Assembly: GCA_947306755.1 (NCBI GenBank)
Contig: CAMZHI010000003.1
Location: 6,489 to 70,488, forward strand
From: an uncultured Clostridia bacterium
GTDB lineage: Bacteria; Bacillota; Clostridia; TANB77; CAG-508
DNA length: 64,000 nucleotides
Direction: 5' to 3'
Shown one piece after another: positions 37,790 to 47,505 of the stretch. The notes below the pieces were generated by a model. It saw only the letters and a program-made list of their open reading frames with translations. It did no database searches and had not been told where the DNA came from. A program made the translations under genes and the position numbers. Every line of letters starts with the position of its first letter. Within the stretch, counting starts at the first letter, position 1.

Positions 37790-38650
37790 TTATTTCTTAC
37801 TAACATATGTAAGTATTCTTTTACCTAAAAGAGTAATATGAAACCTGTCTATATTTAAATTATTAGCTGTACCAACAGTTACCAAATAATCAACTTGTAA
37901 AACCCCTAAATCATTTAATTTCATAAGTGACTTTGCAAATAAAGCTCCATAGAATGATTCTTCATCATCATTTAAAAGTAGTAAATAATTTAATGGTATT
38001 TCAGGAAATTGACAAAAAGTTCTAAAATCTTTCCAAAAAATAGTAGTATTCTTTAATATAATATTTCTATCTATAAAATCCATTTTTAGCATTTTTAATT
38101 CATTTTTATGATTATTATTATACTTTTCTATTTTTAAATTTTCTTTTTTATTTTTTTCTATATTTAGCTTTTTTTCTTTGCTTTTAAATATATACTCATT
38201 TTTGAATCCCGCATCTAGAAAGGATTTTATTTTTTTTAATAAAATAATATCATTGCTGTTTAAACTTTCAATTATTTCACAAAGTTCTTCTTCTAAATTA
38301 TGTTCTTCTTTCATTATACAATCAATAAATATAGAAATGTATATATCAACCGTTTCAGGTATACATTTTATAATTATATGTTGTAATGAATTCGAAATAA
38401 AGTATTTTTCATGCTCTGGTAAAGTTATTATTTTCTCTTTAAATTCGTCTATAGATATTTTTTTATTCTTTAATTCTTTTTCTATCTTTTTAATTCTTTT
38501 TACTATATCGTTGTCTGAAATTAGTCCCACCACTCTTCTTATAGCATATGTAATTAATGGTATAGCACTAAAGGCTGGATTAACTAATCCCAAAACATTA
38601 GATGATGCATCTGCAAAGTTTATCACATTTTCTATCTTTTCTTTTTTCAT
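37790..38650 (-). CDS. Hypothetical protein (last gene of five-gene operon)
   Basis: 286 aa, no recognisable catalytic motif. The C-terminal LMKLNDLGVLQVDY...ITLLGKRIL has a winged-helix-like flavour. Confidence 0.4.
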   Translation of the reverse strand: MKKEKIENVINFADASSNVLGLVNPAFSAIPLITYAIRRVVGLISDNDIVKRIKKIEKELKNKKISIDEFKEKIITLPEHEKYFISNSLQHIIIKCIPETVDIYISIFIDCIMKEEHNLEEELCEIIESLNSNDIILLKKIKSFLDAGFKNEYIFKSKEKKLNIEKNKKENLKIEKYNNNHKNELKMLKMDFIDRNIILKNTTIFWKDFRTFCQFPEIPLNYLLLLNDDEESFYGALFAKSLMKLNDLGVLQVDYLVTVGTANNLNIDRFHITLLGKRILTYVSKK

Positions 38651-38688
38651 AATTTCTCCTTTTTTAAGCTAATTACATTTACAACTTA

Positions 38689-40101
38689 TCAAATTTTTAT
38701 ATTATCTATCATTCTTTCAAAACAATCTTTATCTAATCCAAAATTGATTAAATAAAACTTATTAATTATATCATTATTATCAAAAATCTCCCCACAATTC
38801 TTACAAAATAAAGATGCTTTATATTCCATTTCTATTTTTAAATTTGCATTATTTACATTACTATTTATAATTTTTATATCTCCAAATCTTGTTATGTTGT
38901 ATTCTAGTGGATCTATAATTTTTAGTTTTTCCAATTCAATCAAATAGTTTTTAACAGCATCATATTTTGAATCCCATATTTCATCTTTACTATAATCAAA
39001 TTCCTTAAAATACTTTAATCCAGAATACTTTTCAACCCATGAAATTATTTTAGCTAATTGAATATTCTTCCCTTCTCTATTTAATATAAACATATCATAT
39101 ATAGCCTTTTGCCATGTTTCTCTAGTGCAATCAAATGCATATTCTCCTTTAACTGGTATATTATACACACTTATACTATTTTTTATATTTTTTTTACTGT
39201 AGTCATCTACTACACTTAAAAATTTATTCACTTTCTTCCTTTTTAAATCTTCTTTATGTTCTATAGCATATTTTCTTTTTTCTTCCTTTTGCTGTTCTTG
39301 AATCATCTTTATTCTTTCTTCATATTCTTTTTTTCTATTTTCTAAATCTCTTTTTTCACACAACTCTTTTTTTGTGTATTTCTCATTTAATACAAAATGC
39401 TTTGTATTATATACTTTATCATATATTTTTCTTTCTTCATTCTCTACTCTTGTTTTAAAAATCCATCCTCTTATAGCGTTAAATAGTATATATTTGTCCA
39501 AATCGAAATCATCTTTTTGCATATCTTCTTTAATAAAACTTAAACATATTTCAATCATATCTATTTTAGATTTTTTAACCTTTTCTTCTTTTTGTTTATC
39601 AACTTCATGTGTAACAAAAATCTCTATTGCTAACTTTTTATTGCCTATTTCAACAATGCAATCTGGAATAAAATCATCAATCCTTACTTCATTTTCTACC
39701 CATTTATACGGATATATACTCTCTTTTATAAAGAATTGATTTGTAATTCGTTCATTATTTTCATTTTCCCACCTATAAATATCTTGAATAAGCGGCATAT
39801 TTACCTCATCAAATCGTAAATACTCACCTACAGTTAAGTCTGGTAATAAAATCTTGTTATTCTTTTTAATTAATTCTTTTGCATATAAATGTAAACTAGT
39901 TTCAAAATTTCCATTACATTGCTTATTGCTCAGATGAGAAAAATGCCATTTGTTTTTTTCTCCCATTCTTGGAATTAATTTTTCACCACATTCTGGACAA
40001 TAACAGTTTTTATAATTTTCCCTATTGTTTATATCTCCTGTTTTTATATAAATCATTTCCTTCTTTTGATTTATAGCAAATGGATTTTTAAATTTTTGCA
40101 T
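38689..40101 (-). CDS. CoiA-like nuclease-family protein
   Basis: YCPECGEKLIPRMGEKNKWHFSH...ETSLHLYAKE and LAIEIFVTHEVDKQK resemble the competence protein CoiA family (zinc ribbon plus PD-(D/E)xK-like core). Confidence 0.55.
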   Translation of the reverse strand: MQKFKNPFAINQKKEMIYIKTGDINNRENYKNCYCPECGEKLIPRMGEKNKWHFSHLSNKQCNGNFETSLHLYAKELIKKNNKILLPDLTVGEYLRFDEVNMPLIQDIYRWENENNERITNQFFIKESIYPYKWVENEVRIDDFIPDCIVEIGNKKLAIEIFVTHEVDKQKEEKVKKSKIDMIEICLSFIKEDMQKDDFDLDKYILFNAIRGWIFKTRVENEERKIYDKVYNTKHFVLNEKYTKKELCEKRDLENRKKEYEERIKMIQEQQKEEKRKYAIEHKEDLKRKKVNKFLSVVDDYSKKNIKNSISVYNIPVKGEYAFDCTRETWQKAIYDMFILNREGKNIQLAKIISWVEKYSGLKYFKEFDYSKDEIWDSKYDAVKNYLIELEKLKIIDPLEYNITRFGDIKIINSNVNNANLKIEMEYKASLFCKNCGEIFDNNDIINKFYLINFGLDKDCFERMIDNIKI

Positions 40102-40164
40102 CTATTTCCTCCCAAAATTCATAAAAAGATAATTAGAGTTCTTCTAATTATCTTTTGTAAAAAA

Positions 40165-42123
40165 CTACTCATATTTATATTCTTCACTATCTTCTGCAAC
40201 CATTAAGACATCATTATCTTCTTCATCAATTGAATATGTAATCTCATTCTTTTGATTCAATCTTTTCTTTAAATAATCTGATAAGTTTTTATCTGTACAA
40301 TAAATATAACAGCCTTTCTGTCCTCTTGTCATTAATGTTCTATATGTATTCTTAATTATTTCATCTGCTATTGTATTAGCTTTTTCAGAGTCCTCTCTAC
40401 TTAACTTATTAATACCTTTTATAGATTGATCTGTTTTAGCTCTTTTTGTTACATCTGTAATTATCTTACCATTCTCGTACCTTAAGTCATCTCCAATAAT
40501 TACACCAATATAATCAAATTCTAGTCCTTGAGCAGTATGTATACATCCAATTTCATTTACTGATTCAGCATCTATCGCCCATGTTTGGCTATTTCCAAGA
40601 TTCCAACTCATTGCAAAATCATATTCTGGAATAGTTATATCATATACATCTGTTTTGTTTTTTCCATCTTTTATCCAGTTCCAGCAATATCCTGCTAATA
40701 ATCTTGCTTTATTATTTATTTTATTTTTTTCAAGTATTAAATCTCTTACTTCGTTTGGAGTATCACATACCTTGATGTCATAATCCAAGTCAAAACCATC
40801 ACTATTGGCTGTCCTTCTAATTTCTAATACATCATCTAACCATGCAATATATCCATCTGAACCATTACATCTAAACTGCGATTCCAATTCCATTATTTCT
40901 GATTCTGCATTAGCTTGTTTTATATATTTTTGTATTTCATCAATACTCCCTATATCCTTTAAGGTTACTCTTTGTGATTCATCTATGAAAAATATTGAAA
41001 ATTTAGAAGCTTTAATAATCTCTTTTATTTGATTTTCTCCTAAGTTTTGAAACATTCCAGATTTCGCATTTAATCTATGTGCTTCATCTACAATTAAAAC
41101 ATCAAATTCATTTTCTGCAGATTCTACAAATGAACCCGAACCTTTAAATAAATTATTAATTCTTGTTTTTCTAAAATCTCCACTTAATTTAGTTGCATAT
41201 ACATTTCTTGGTGCTGCATTTTTTGTAACATATGAACAAACCATATTTTCATTAGTTAATTTTACTAAAAGATTAATTGCTAAAACTGATTTTCCCGTTC
41301 CAGGTCCACCTTTAACAACTAAAACTCTTTTATTTCCATCTCTATATGATTTCCTTGCCATTTCTAATGCTGTTTCATATACAAGTTTTTGATCATCTAT
41401 CATTACAAATTCTTCATTACCTTTTAACATACTTGTTAATGCATCTTGTAATGATTTAGAAGGTCTAATTTTTCCATTTTCAATCATATATAGTGTCTCT
41501 TTATCATCACCATATTTTATGTATCTATTTATAAAGTCTCTTAATTTTTCTACATCTCCCTTTATAAATGCAGGTGCTTTATCTAAGTAGTATTTATAAT
41601 TATCTGCTAATAATGTTGGAGGTGTTACTGTTAAATAATTATGAAGGTATGCACATGGATGTAAATCTATTTGTCTTTCTTGCACTGTTTCATTATAGTC
41701 TTCTATTGTTGTTGCATAAGACCATGCTTGATATGAAGGATGTGCTACTTCCCTTAATGCATGTCCTGTATACGCTTGTACAATTCCATCTTTCCCTTCA
41801 ACTATATCAGCCTCTGTCCATTGTTTTAATTCAACAATAATAGCAGTATTTTTAAGTTTTCCATCTTTACCTGTAATTATAAAATCTACTCTTTTAGATG
41901 TATTTGGAATTTTGAATTCAATTGCAATTCCTACATTCCCTGGTATATTGTTATCAATTAAAACTTTCATCATATATTGCATAGAATTATTCCATGCTTT
42001 TCTTTCATTTTGAGATGTATGATATCCCATCTTTTCATAAAATCTTCTATCTATATTTTCTTCAATTCTATCTTGCACAACATCTTCTACAAACAGTTGC
42101 TTTGTTGCTTCATATACTATCAT
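40165..42123 (-). CDS. DUF2075-type nuclease-helicase (N-terminal PD-(D/E)xK-like module plus SF1 P-loop ATPase)
   Basis: ORF 40165..42138 with start at MIVYEAT. VDFIITG...IIVELKQW (D..E.K), Walker A GGPGTGKS, Walker B LIVDEAHRL, C-terminal QGLEFDYIGVIIG. Confidence 0.75.
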   Translation of the reverse strand: MIVYEATKQLFVEDVVQDRIEENIDRRFYEKMGYHTSQNERKAWNNSMQYMMKVLIDNNIPGNVGIAIEFKIPNTSKRVDFIITGKDGKLKNTAIIVELKQWTEADIVEGKDGIVQAYTGHALREVAHPSYQAWSYATTIEDYNETVQERQIDLHPCAYLHNYLTVTPPTLLADNYKYYLDKAPAFIKGDVEKLRDFINRYIKYGDDKETLYMIENGKIRPSKSLQDALTSMLKGNEEFVMIDDQKLVYETALEMARKSYRDGNKRVLVVKGGPGTGKSVLAINLLVKLTNENMVCSYVTKNAAPRNVYATKLSGDFRKTRINNLFKGSGSFVESAENEFDVLIVDEAHRLNAKSGMFQNLGENQIKEIIKASKFSIFFIDESQRVTLKDIGSIDEIQKYIKQANAESEIMELESQFRCNGSDGYIAWLDDVLEIRRTANSDGFDLDYDIKVCDTPNEVRDLILEKNKINNKARLLAGYCWNWIKDGKNKTDVYDITIPEYDFAMSWNLGNSQTWAIDAESVNEIGCIHTAQGLEFDYIGVIIGDDLRYENGKIITDVTKRAKTDQSIKGINKLSREDSEKANTIADEIIKNTYRTLMTRGQKGCYIYCTDKNLSDYLKKRLNQKNEITYSIDEEDNDVLMVAEDSEEYKYE

Positions 42124-42154
42124 AATAATTGCCCCCATTAATTATTATTTACTT

Positions 42155-42730
42155 TTAATCTAATACATCAAATTGTCTGCTCACTTTAAGTCCCATTGTA
42201 TCATTATCATATGCTATACTAATATTAGCACATTCGCTCATAATATAATTCAATAACTTTAAGCTTTCTTCAAATTGTTTATTTAATTTTTCAAAATCTA
42301 AATCAAAAATTTCTTCCTCTTCTAGAGCATATACAACATCAATATGTCCAAACATTCTATCTCTGAATATCTTTATATTTTCTTCTAGTTCAACATATTC
42401 CTCAAGCTCCTTTCTTATTATTTTTACAACTTTATTTAAATCAGAAATACCTTCACTTTCACTTATATTCAAAAGTTTTACAATAGATGCACACGCTTTA
42501 TCTTTGTCAAACAAATTTCCCATGCCTATAACAATTCTGTATCTCATACTATCTAAAACAGTTCCAAATAATTTAGGATATTCATCAAATTTTTCAAGCA
42601 ACTCTTCATTTTCAATATCACAACATTTATTGTATTGAATTATGGCCTCTCTTATATTTTTGCATTCTAAATAAATTGTAGATAATACATTTTGTAATCT
42701 AGATGCCTTTTTTCCATTTATATATAACAT
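42155..42730 (-). CDS. Hypothetical protein, HEPN (AbiU2-like) candidate
   Basis: 191 aa. GNLFDKDKACASIVKLLN and FRDRMFGHID (R-x5-H) resemble the AbiU2-type HEPN pattern from memory. Confidence 0.4.
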   Translation of the reverse strand: MLYINGKKASRLQNVLSTIYLECKNIREAIIQYNKCCDIENEELLEKFDEYPKLFGTVLDSMRYRIVIGMGNLFDKDKACASIVKLLNISESEGISDLNKVVKIIRKELEEYVELEENIKIFRDRMFGHIDVVYALEEEEIFDLDFEKLNKQFEESLKLLNYIMSECANISIAYDNDTMGLKVSRQFDVLD

Positions 42731-42738
42731 TTTCCCCC

Positions 42739-43053
42739 CTATAGTTTGTTATATTTTGTACTAACTCCCTTAGCTTTTTCTACTGGATATTTTTTTCTTG
42801 TTTTGTCCAATTTCTTTAAAATTATTTCTTTAGGATCTACTCCTAATTTCATAGCCATTTGAATGCAATATGTAAAAACGTCTGCCAATTCTTCGCATAC
42901 TTCTTCTTTATCATAATCATTATTCCATTGAAAACACTCTAAAAGCTCACCAGCTTCAATAGAAATTGATTTTGCTAAATTTTCAGGAGAATGAAATTGA
43001 TCCCAATCTCTTTCCTTATTAAAAATATCTATTTCTTTTATTAATTCTTCCAT
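42739..43053 (-). CDS. MazG-like nucleotide pyrophosphohydrolase
   Basis: FNKERDWDQFHSPENLAKSISIEAGELLECFQW and EELADVFTY are typical of small all-alpha MazG-type NTP pyrophosphatases. Confidence 0.8.
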   Translation of the reverse strand: MEELIKEIDIFNKERDWDQFHSPENLAKSISIEAGELLECFQWNNDYDKEEVCEELADVFTYCIQMAMKLGVDPKEIILKKLDKTRKKYPVEKAKGVSTKYNKL

Positions 43054-43269
43054 CTTTACCTCTCAAAACATTATAATTACTCTAGTATATGTTATATCAC
43101 AAAATTGATTTTTAAACAACATACCTTCCAGTATTTTGAAATAATCTGAATAAATTGATTTAATTCTTATAATATTTTTGTATGTATTAAAATTATATAA
43201 AAAATATTTATTAAATATATTGAATTTATTTTTAATATGTATTATAATTATTTTCATAGGAGGAAGCTT

Positions 43270-43449
43270 ATGAAAAAAGTTGGAAGGCCAAAAGGAAAAA
43301 ATAAAGATACTCGCCTAAATATTATGATATCATCTGATTTAAAAAATGAATTTCAAAAAATAGTATCACAAAATGGTTCAAATGTTTCTGTAAAAATTTG
43401 TGAGCTTATTGTTAATTATATAAAAGAACAAAAGGAGGAAAATAAATGA
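43270..43449 (+). CDS. Small ribbon-helix-helix-like DNA-binding protein upstream of the methyltransferase
   Basis: ORF 43237..43449 with start at ATG (MKKVGRPKGKNKDTRLNIMISSDLKNEFQ) after AGGAGG. Overlaps the methyltransferase start (ATGA). Confidence 0.5.
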   Translation: MKKVGRPKGKNKDTRLNIMISSDLKNEFQKIVSQNGSNVSVKICELIVNYIKEQKEENK

Positions 43450-44579
43450 ATGTAATAGATTTATTTGCAGGATGTGGAGGTTTAAGTCTAGGTTTTGAAA
43501 TGGCTGGATTCAATATTCCTCTTGCAATTGAAAAAGACGAATGGGCGTCTGAAACATACAAAAAAAATCACCCTTCAACAAAAGTATTAACTGGTGATAT
43601 TACACAAATAGTTGATTTAGAAAATTTAATTTCAAAAAAAGATTTACCAATTGATGGAATAATTGGTGGTCCTCCTTGTCAAGGTTTTTCATTAAGTGGT
43701 AACAGAGATAAAAATGATCCCAGAAATAGTTTATTTATGGAATTCGTTAGATTCGTTAAATATTTTAAGCCAAAATTTTTTGTAATGGAAAATGTTACAG
43801 GAATTTTATCAATGAAAACAAAAGATAATAAAAGCGTAAAAGATCTTATTCTTTCAGAATATGATACTGCAGGATATAATGTTAAAATTTGTAGATTAAA
43901 TGCAGCTGAATACGGTGTTCCTCAATCTCGATTAAGAATTGTATTTATTGGTATTAGAAAAGATATACCTTTTAATGAAGAAAAAATAGGACCTATTCCG
44001 TTTTTATTTGGGAAAGACCAAGTTACAATAGAACAAGCAATTATGGACTTACCTCAAATAGATTCTGGTGAAGGAAAAGATTTTATAGAATATTCTCAAA
44101 AACCTAAAAGCAATTATCAAAAATGGGCTAGAAATAATAGCGATGGTGTATATAATCATATAGCAATGCGACATACTAAAAGACTCATTGAGCGTTTTAA
44201 AAATATAGACTTTGGGCAATCTGTTGCTGATGTCGATGAATGTCATCAACAAAGAAAAAGAGGTGATGCGTCAAAAATCAGTGGAAAAGTATTTTCACAA
44301 AATAATATGCGTCCATATCCAAATAAACCATCTCCTACTGTTCCAGCAAGTTTTCAAAGTAATTTTATACACCCGTACCTTAATCGTAATTTTACTGCAA
44401 GAGAAGGAGCAAGATTACAATCCTTCCCTGATACTTATATATTTTGTGGCAAAAGAACTACAATGTCTTGGGAAAAAAATCTTTCTCAATACCAACAAAT
44501 TGGCAATGCAGTACCTCCTCTATTAGCTAAAGCAATTGCTAAAAATATAATTGAATATATAAAAGAACTAGGATTTTAA
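43446..44579 (+). CDS. DNA (cytosine-5)-methyltransferase
   Basis: Motif I DLFAGCGG, motif IV GGPPCQGFS, ENV, QxRxR (QSRLR), and C-terminal QIGNAVPP. Confidence 0.95.
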   Translation: MNVIDLFAGCGGLSLGFEMAGFNIPLAIEKDEWASETYKKNHPSTKVLTGDITQIVDLENLISKKDLPIDGIIGGPPCQGFSLSGNRDKNDPRNSLFMEFVRFVKYFKPKFFVMENVTGILSMKTKDNKSVKDLILSEYDTAGYNVKICRLNAAEYGVPQSRLRIVFIGIRKDIPFNEEKIGPIPFLFGKDQVTIEQAIMDLPQIDSGEGKDFIEYSQKPKSNYQKWARNNSDGVYNHIAMRHTKRLIERFKNIDFGQSVADVDECHQQRKRGDASKISGKVFSQNNMRPYPNKPSPTVPASFQSNFIHPYLNRNFTAREGARLQSFPDTYIFCGKRTTMSWEKNLSQYQQIGNAVPPLLAKAIAKNIIEYIKELGF

Positions 44580-44598
44580 TTCTAGTTCTCTTTATATA

Positions 44599-45393
44599 TT
44601 AATCATTCGGTTTCAATAACTTTCCAGGATATAATATTTCTTCGAATATAGTTGATTCATCAATTGCATTCACGATTTCTTCATAATATGATTTTAATAC
44701 CTTGAAAGAAATTGGATCTTCATTGTTATCTCCTCTATTTCTCAATACAAACATTTCATCTAATGCATTATCATGTCTAGCAGCTAATATTTTTTCTTCA
44801 GCCACAACAATACCTTCCATCAAAATATATGTTCTCGCATTAGGTGTTGCATTTTTTATTTGCATACTTGAATATTTAACCTCACCAAACATAGTAGCAT
44901 CTAAATATGTTTTAACCTCAACGCAAACTATTGGAATTATTAAATCTATTGAATTTTTACTATCAATTGTTATATTCACTTTTTTTCCTATACAAAAATC
45001 AACATCTTTTGTTAGAATATCTATATCAAGTTCATTATTAATTTTCATCCCGGCAAAAATACCTTTATTAAATATTCCTAAAGCCCCGCTTTTTATTGGC
45101 TCTATATCCTTAAATAAATATGTGCTAATCTCTTCTATAAAAGTAGATCTAAATTTTGATTGTGATTTTATACCTACTTCACTCTCAAATGTATTTATTT
45201 CGTTAATATAATCATCCATTATTTTTGCTGCTTTTTTAAATGTTTTCTCATCTTCACTAGAAAAAGTAATACTATTAAGTTTATCCTTGACTTTTAAATA
45301 TTTTTCTTCATAAAACTTTTTTATTTCTTCACCTTTCCCATTATAGTTGTTTCTTATTTTAGCTTGATAATTGTTTTCGTGTATATATAACAT
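44599..45393 (-). CDS. Probable type II restriction endonuclease (PD-(D/E)xK)
   Basis: Convergent with the m5C methyltransferase (19-nt gap). DLIIPIVCVEVKTYLD fits a D...E-x-K catalytic core. Confidence 0.55.
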   Translation of the reverse strand: MLYIHENNYQAKIRNNYNGKGEEIKKFYEEKYLKVKDKLNSITFSSEDEKTFKKAAKIMDDYINEINTFESEVGIKSQSKFRSTFIEEISTYLFKDIEPIKSGALGIFNKGIFAGMKINNELDIDILTKDVDFCIGKKVNITIDSKNSIDLIIPIVCVEVKTYLDATMFGEVKYSSMQIKNATPNARTYILMEGIVVAEEKILAARHDNALDEMFVLRNRGDNNEDPISFKVLKSYYEEIVNAIDESTIFEEILYPGKLLKPND

Positions 45394-45969
45394 TTTAATC
45401 TCCTCCTTTTTATATTATAGTATATATGCTTAATTTTGTAAACTTTAAAAATGTTGAACTTCTATTTTTTTTATTATTGCTCTATTTTAAATAAAGGGGC
45501 TGGGAGTTACTCCCATAAATCAAAAAATACCTTTTGTGTACACAAATGGGAATCTTGCTGTTATCTATATGTTAAAAAAATAGATTAATTCTATATAATA
45601 TTTGCATTTAAAATATTGCTTATTGGTTATAATTTTTGCAATCTAAAAATAGTTATTTTTTGTTGATATATCAAGCCTTAGATAGATAATTCTCCCGAGG
45701 AGACTTTATTGTGGTATCATGTTTCTAATGCATTTTGATTTCATTAATAATTTTAATGATAATTTTTAAATAAGAGCTCTATAAATTCAATTAGTTTTAT
45801 CGCTATTTTCAGCTTATCTCAGCAGTTTTATAGATTTTTCTCATCATGAGAATTTTTGAATTTTTATATAATTACCTTTCTTGTTAAATATCATTATATA
45901 TGCTATACTGTCTATAAAGAAAAAATATATAAGGATATATGAAAAAATATTTTTCATGGAGGAATAACT

Positions 45970-46569
45970 ATGGATAATAATGATAAAAAAATTTGGAAAA
46001 AATGGTGGTTCTGGTCTATAATTTTTTTAATAATTATAATATCACCATTTATTAATACAAATAATCCCAATTCTAATCAAACTAATAATGAAACACAAAC
46101 TGTAAATGAACCTATAAATAATGAAGTAAAAGAAATTGAATATGCTGAAGATAATTTAATTAATAAATTCATTACTGATTTCAAATCTTCTTCAAGTTAT
46201 GAACTAACTGATATAGAGAAAGGAAACATTAATACTAAATATTTTGCTTATATAAATGGACAATACTGTGAGTTTTTAAACTCAACAGGATCTCTAGCTA
46301 ATTGTTTTAATATAACAATATATGGTGGAAATGAAGAAGAAGATATTAATAAAATAATTAATGTTTATAAAGAAGTAATAAAAGCTTTGGATTCAAGTAT
46401 TTCTGAATCATATATAAATGATGCTATTATGGAACATATTAAAAGTCCATCTAACAGTTTTAAAATTAATGATAGTATAAGTGTAAAATTATATCCTATT
46501 GTTGAATTATCTTATGGAAAATCTAAGTGTAAAATTGAAATAACGACAACAATTTATAATAAAAAATAA
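45970..46569 (+). CDS. Membrane-anchored hypothetical protein
   Basis: 199 aa. N-terminal TM WWFWSIIFLIIIISPFI followed by an N/T-rich linker. Confidence 0.45.
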   Translation: MDNNDKKIWKKWWFWSIIFLIIIISPFINTNNPNSNQTNNETQTVNEPINNEVKEIEYAEDNLINKFITDFKSSSSYELTDIEKGNINTKYFAYINGQYCEFLNSTGSLANCFNITIYGGNEEEDINKIINVYKEVIKALDSSISESYINDAIMEHIKSPSNSFKINDSISVKLYPIVELSYGKSKCKIEITTTIYNKK

Positions 46570-46579
46570 ATTACAATTC
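46567..46579. repeat. Junction motif copy in opposite orientation (TAAATTACAATTC)
   Basis: Supplies the TAA stop of plus-strand gene 45970..46569. Same gene-relative orientation as copies a, d and f. Confidence 0.5.
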
Positions 46580-46611
46580 AAAAATCAGCACAAACGCATT
46601 GGAATCAAAGG

Positions 46612-46651
46612 GATTGCTCAATTATTCCCCATTGGGAACTTATGAGCAATC
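46612..46651 (+). terminator. Long hairpin followed by a T-rich tract
   Basis: GATTGCTCA ... TGAGCAATC with inner TTCCC/GGGAA pairing, then CTTTCTTATT. Confidence 0.5.
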
Positions 46652-46740
46652 TTTCTTATTATACAGCAGAGTTAATATAATTATCAACAAATTTATTAAA
46701 TTCTTTTTCATTTACCATTACTCACAACCCTACTTATTCA

Positions 46741-47264
46741 CAATAAACTGATCAAAAAAATCTGGTGGATATTGTCTTTGTTCATAATTTACATACCCAC
46801 TTTTGTATTTATTATTTTCTATTATATTCTTTTCTTTTATTTTTTCTTCTGTTCCGTTACCGTAACGTTACATCAACGTTATTTTCATTTTTCTGATTTT
46901 CTCTAAATCTTCTTTGTCTTTCTCTATTTTGTTCTAACATTTTTTCATATTTATCAGCACTTTGATACTTCTCCCAATTTTTAATTATGTATGTATTATT
47001 TTCAAATATAATCATTTCGCAATGGATTAACTTATCCAATATATTTTTAATTTTTTTGTTGGTTTTTTGTGTAATCTTTGCAAGATCTTCCACAGTTAAT
47101 GGTTGATTTGTTGAAAACATTATCTTTCCACCTTGCGCGCTTGTCCCAGCAATTGTTAATAATTGAATCCATATTCTAAATATTGTATCTCCATCACGCT
47201 CTTTTAATAATAGTTGAATTTTAGGATTTCCAAATATACTTGTAAAAATCTTAATCCATTGCAT
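46741..47264 (-). pseudogene. Phage replisome-organizer gene with a frameshift near its 3' end
   Basis: ORF 46857..47264 (MQWIKIFTSIFGNPKIQLLLKERDGDTIFRIWIQLLTIAG is typical of the replisome organizer N-terminus) stops at ..NVDVTLR*. The expected tail (NGTEEKIKEK...YVNYEQRQYPPDFFDQFIVNK*) continues in the +1 frame to 46741. Confidence 0.6.
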
Positions 47265-47281
47265 ACAGTCATTCTCCTTTC

Positions 47282-47485
47282 TTACTTATTTAATGAATTT
47301 TCTTCTTTTGCACTTAAGTATTCATCTAAAGCTTTAACTCTAAATAACACTCTTCCACCAACTCTTGCACATGGTATTTGTTTTCTTCTAACTAATTGAT
47401 TTACTAACCAATATGAAACTCCTAAATACTCAGCTGTTTCTTTCATTGTTAGTGTTATTCTTTCAACTTTTGGTAGTTCGTTCAT
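47282..47485 (-). CDS. Excisionase-family (MerR-like HTH) DNA-binding protein
   Basis: LTMKETAEYLGVSYWLVNQLVRRKQIPCARVGGRVLFRVKALDEYL matches the excisionase HTH pattern. Confidence 0.8.
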   Translation of the reverse strand: MNELPKVERITLTMKETAEYLGVSYWLVNQLVRRKQIPCARVGGRVLFRVKALDEYLSAKEENSLNK

Positions 47486-47505
47486 AAAATCACCTCCTCA
47501 TTTTT

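Noticed and set aside
43063-43257. 64-aa minus-strand ORF between the MazG-like gene and the restriction-modification module.
   Set aside because: It occupies the divergent promoter region, has no RBS, and its sequence is AT-driven.
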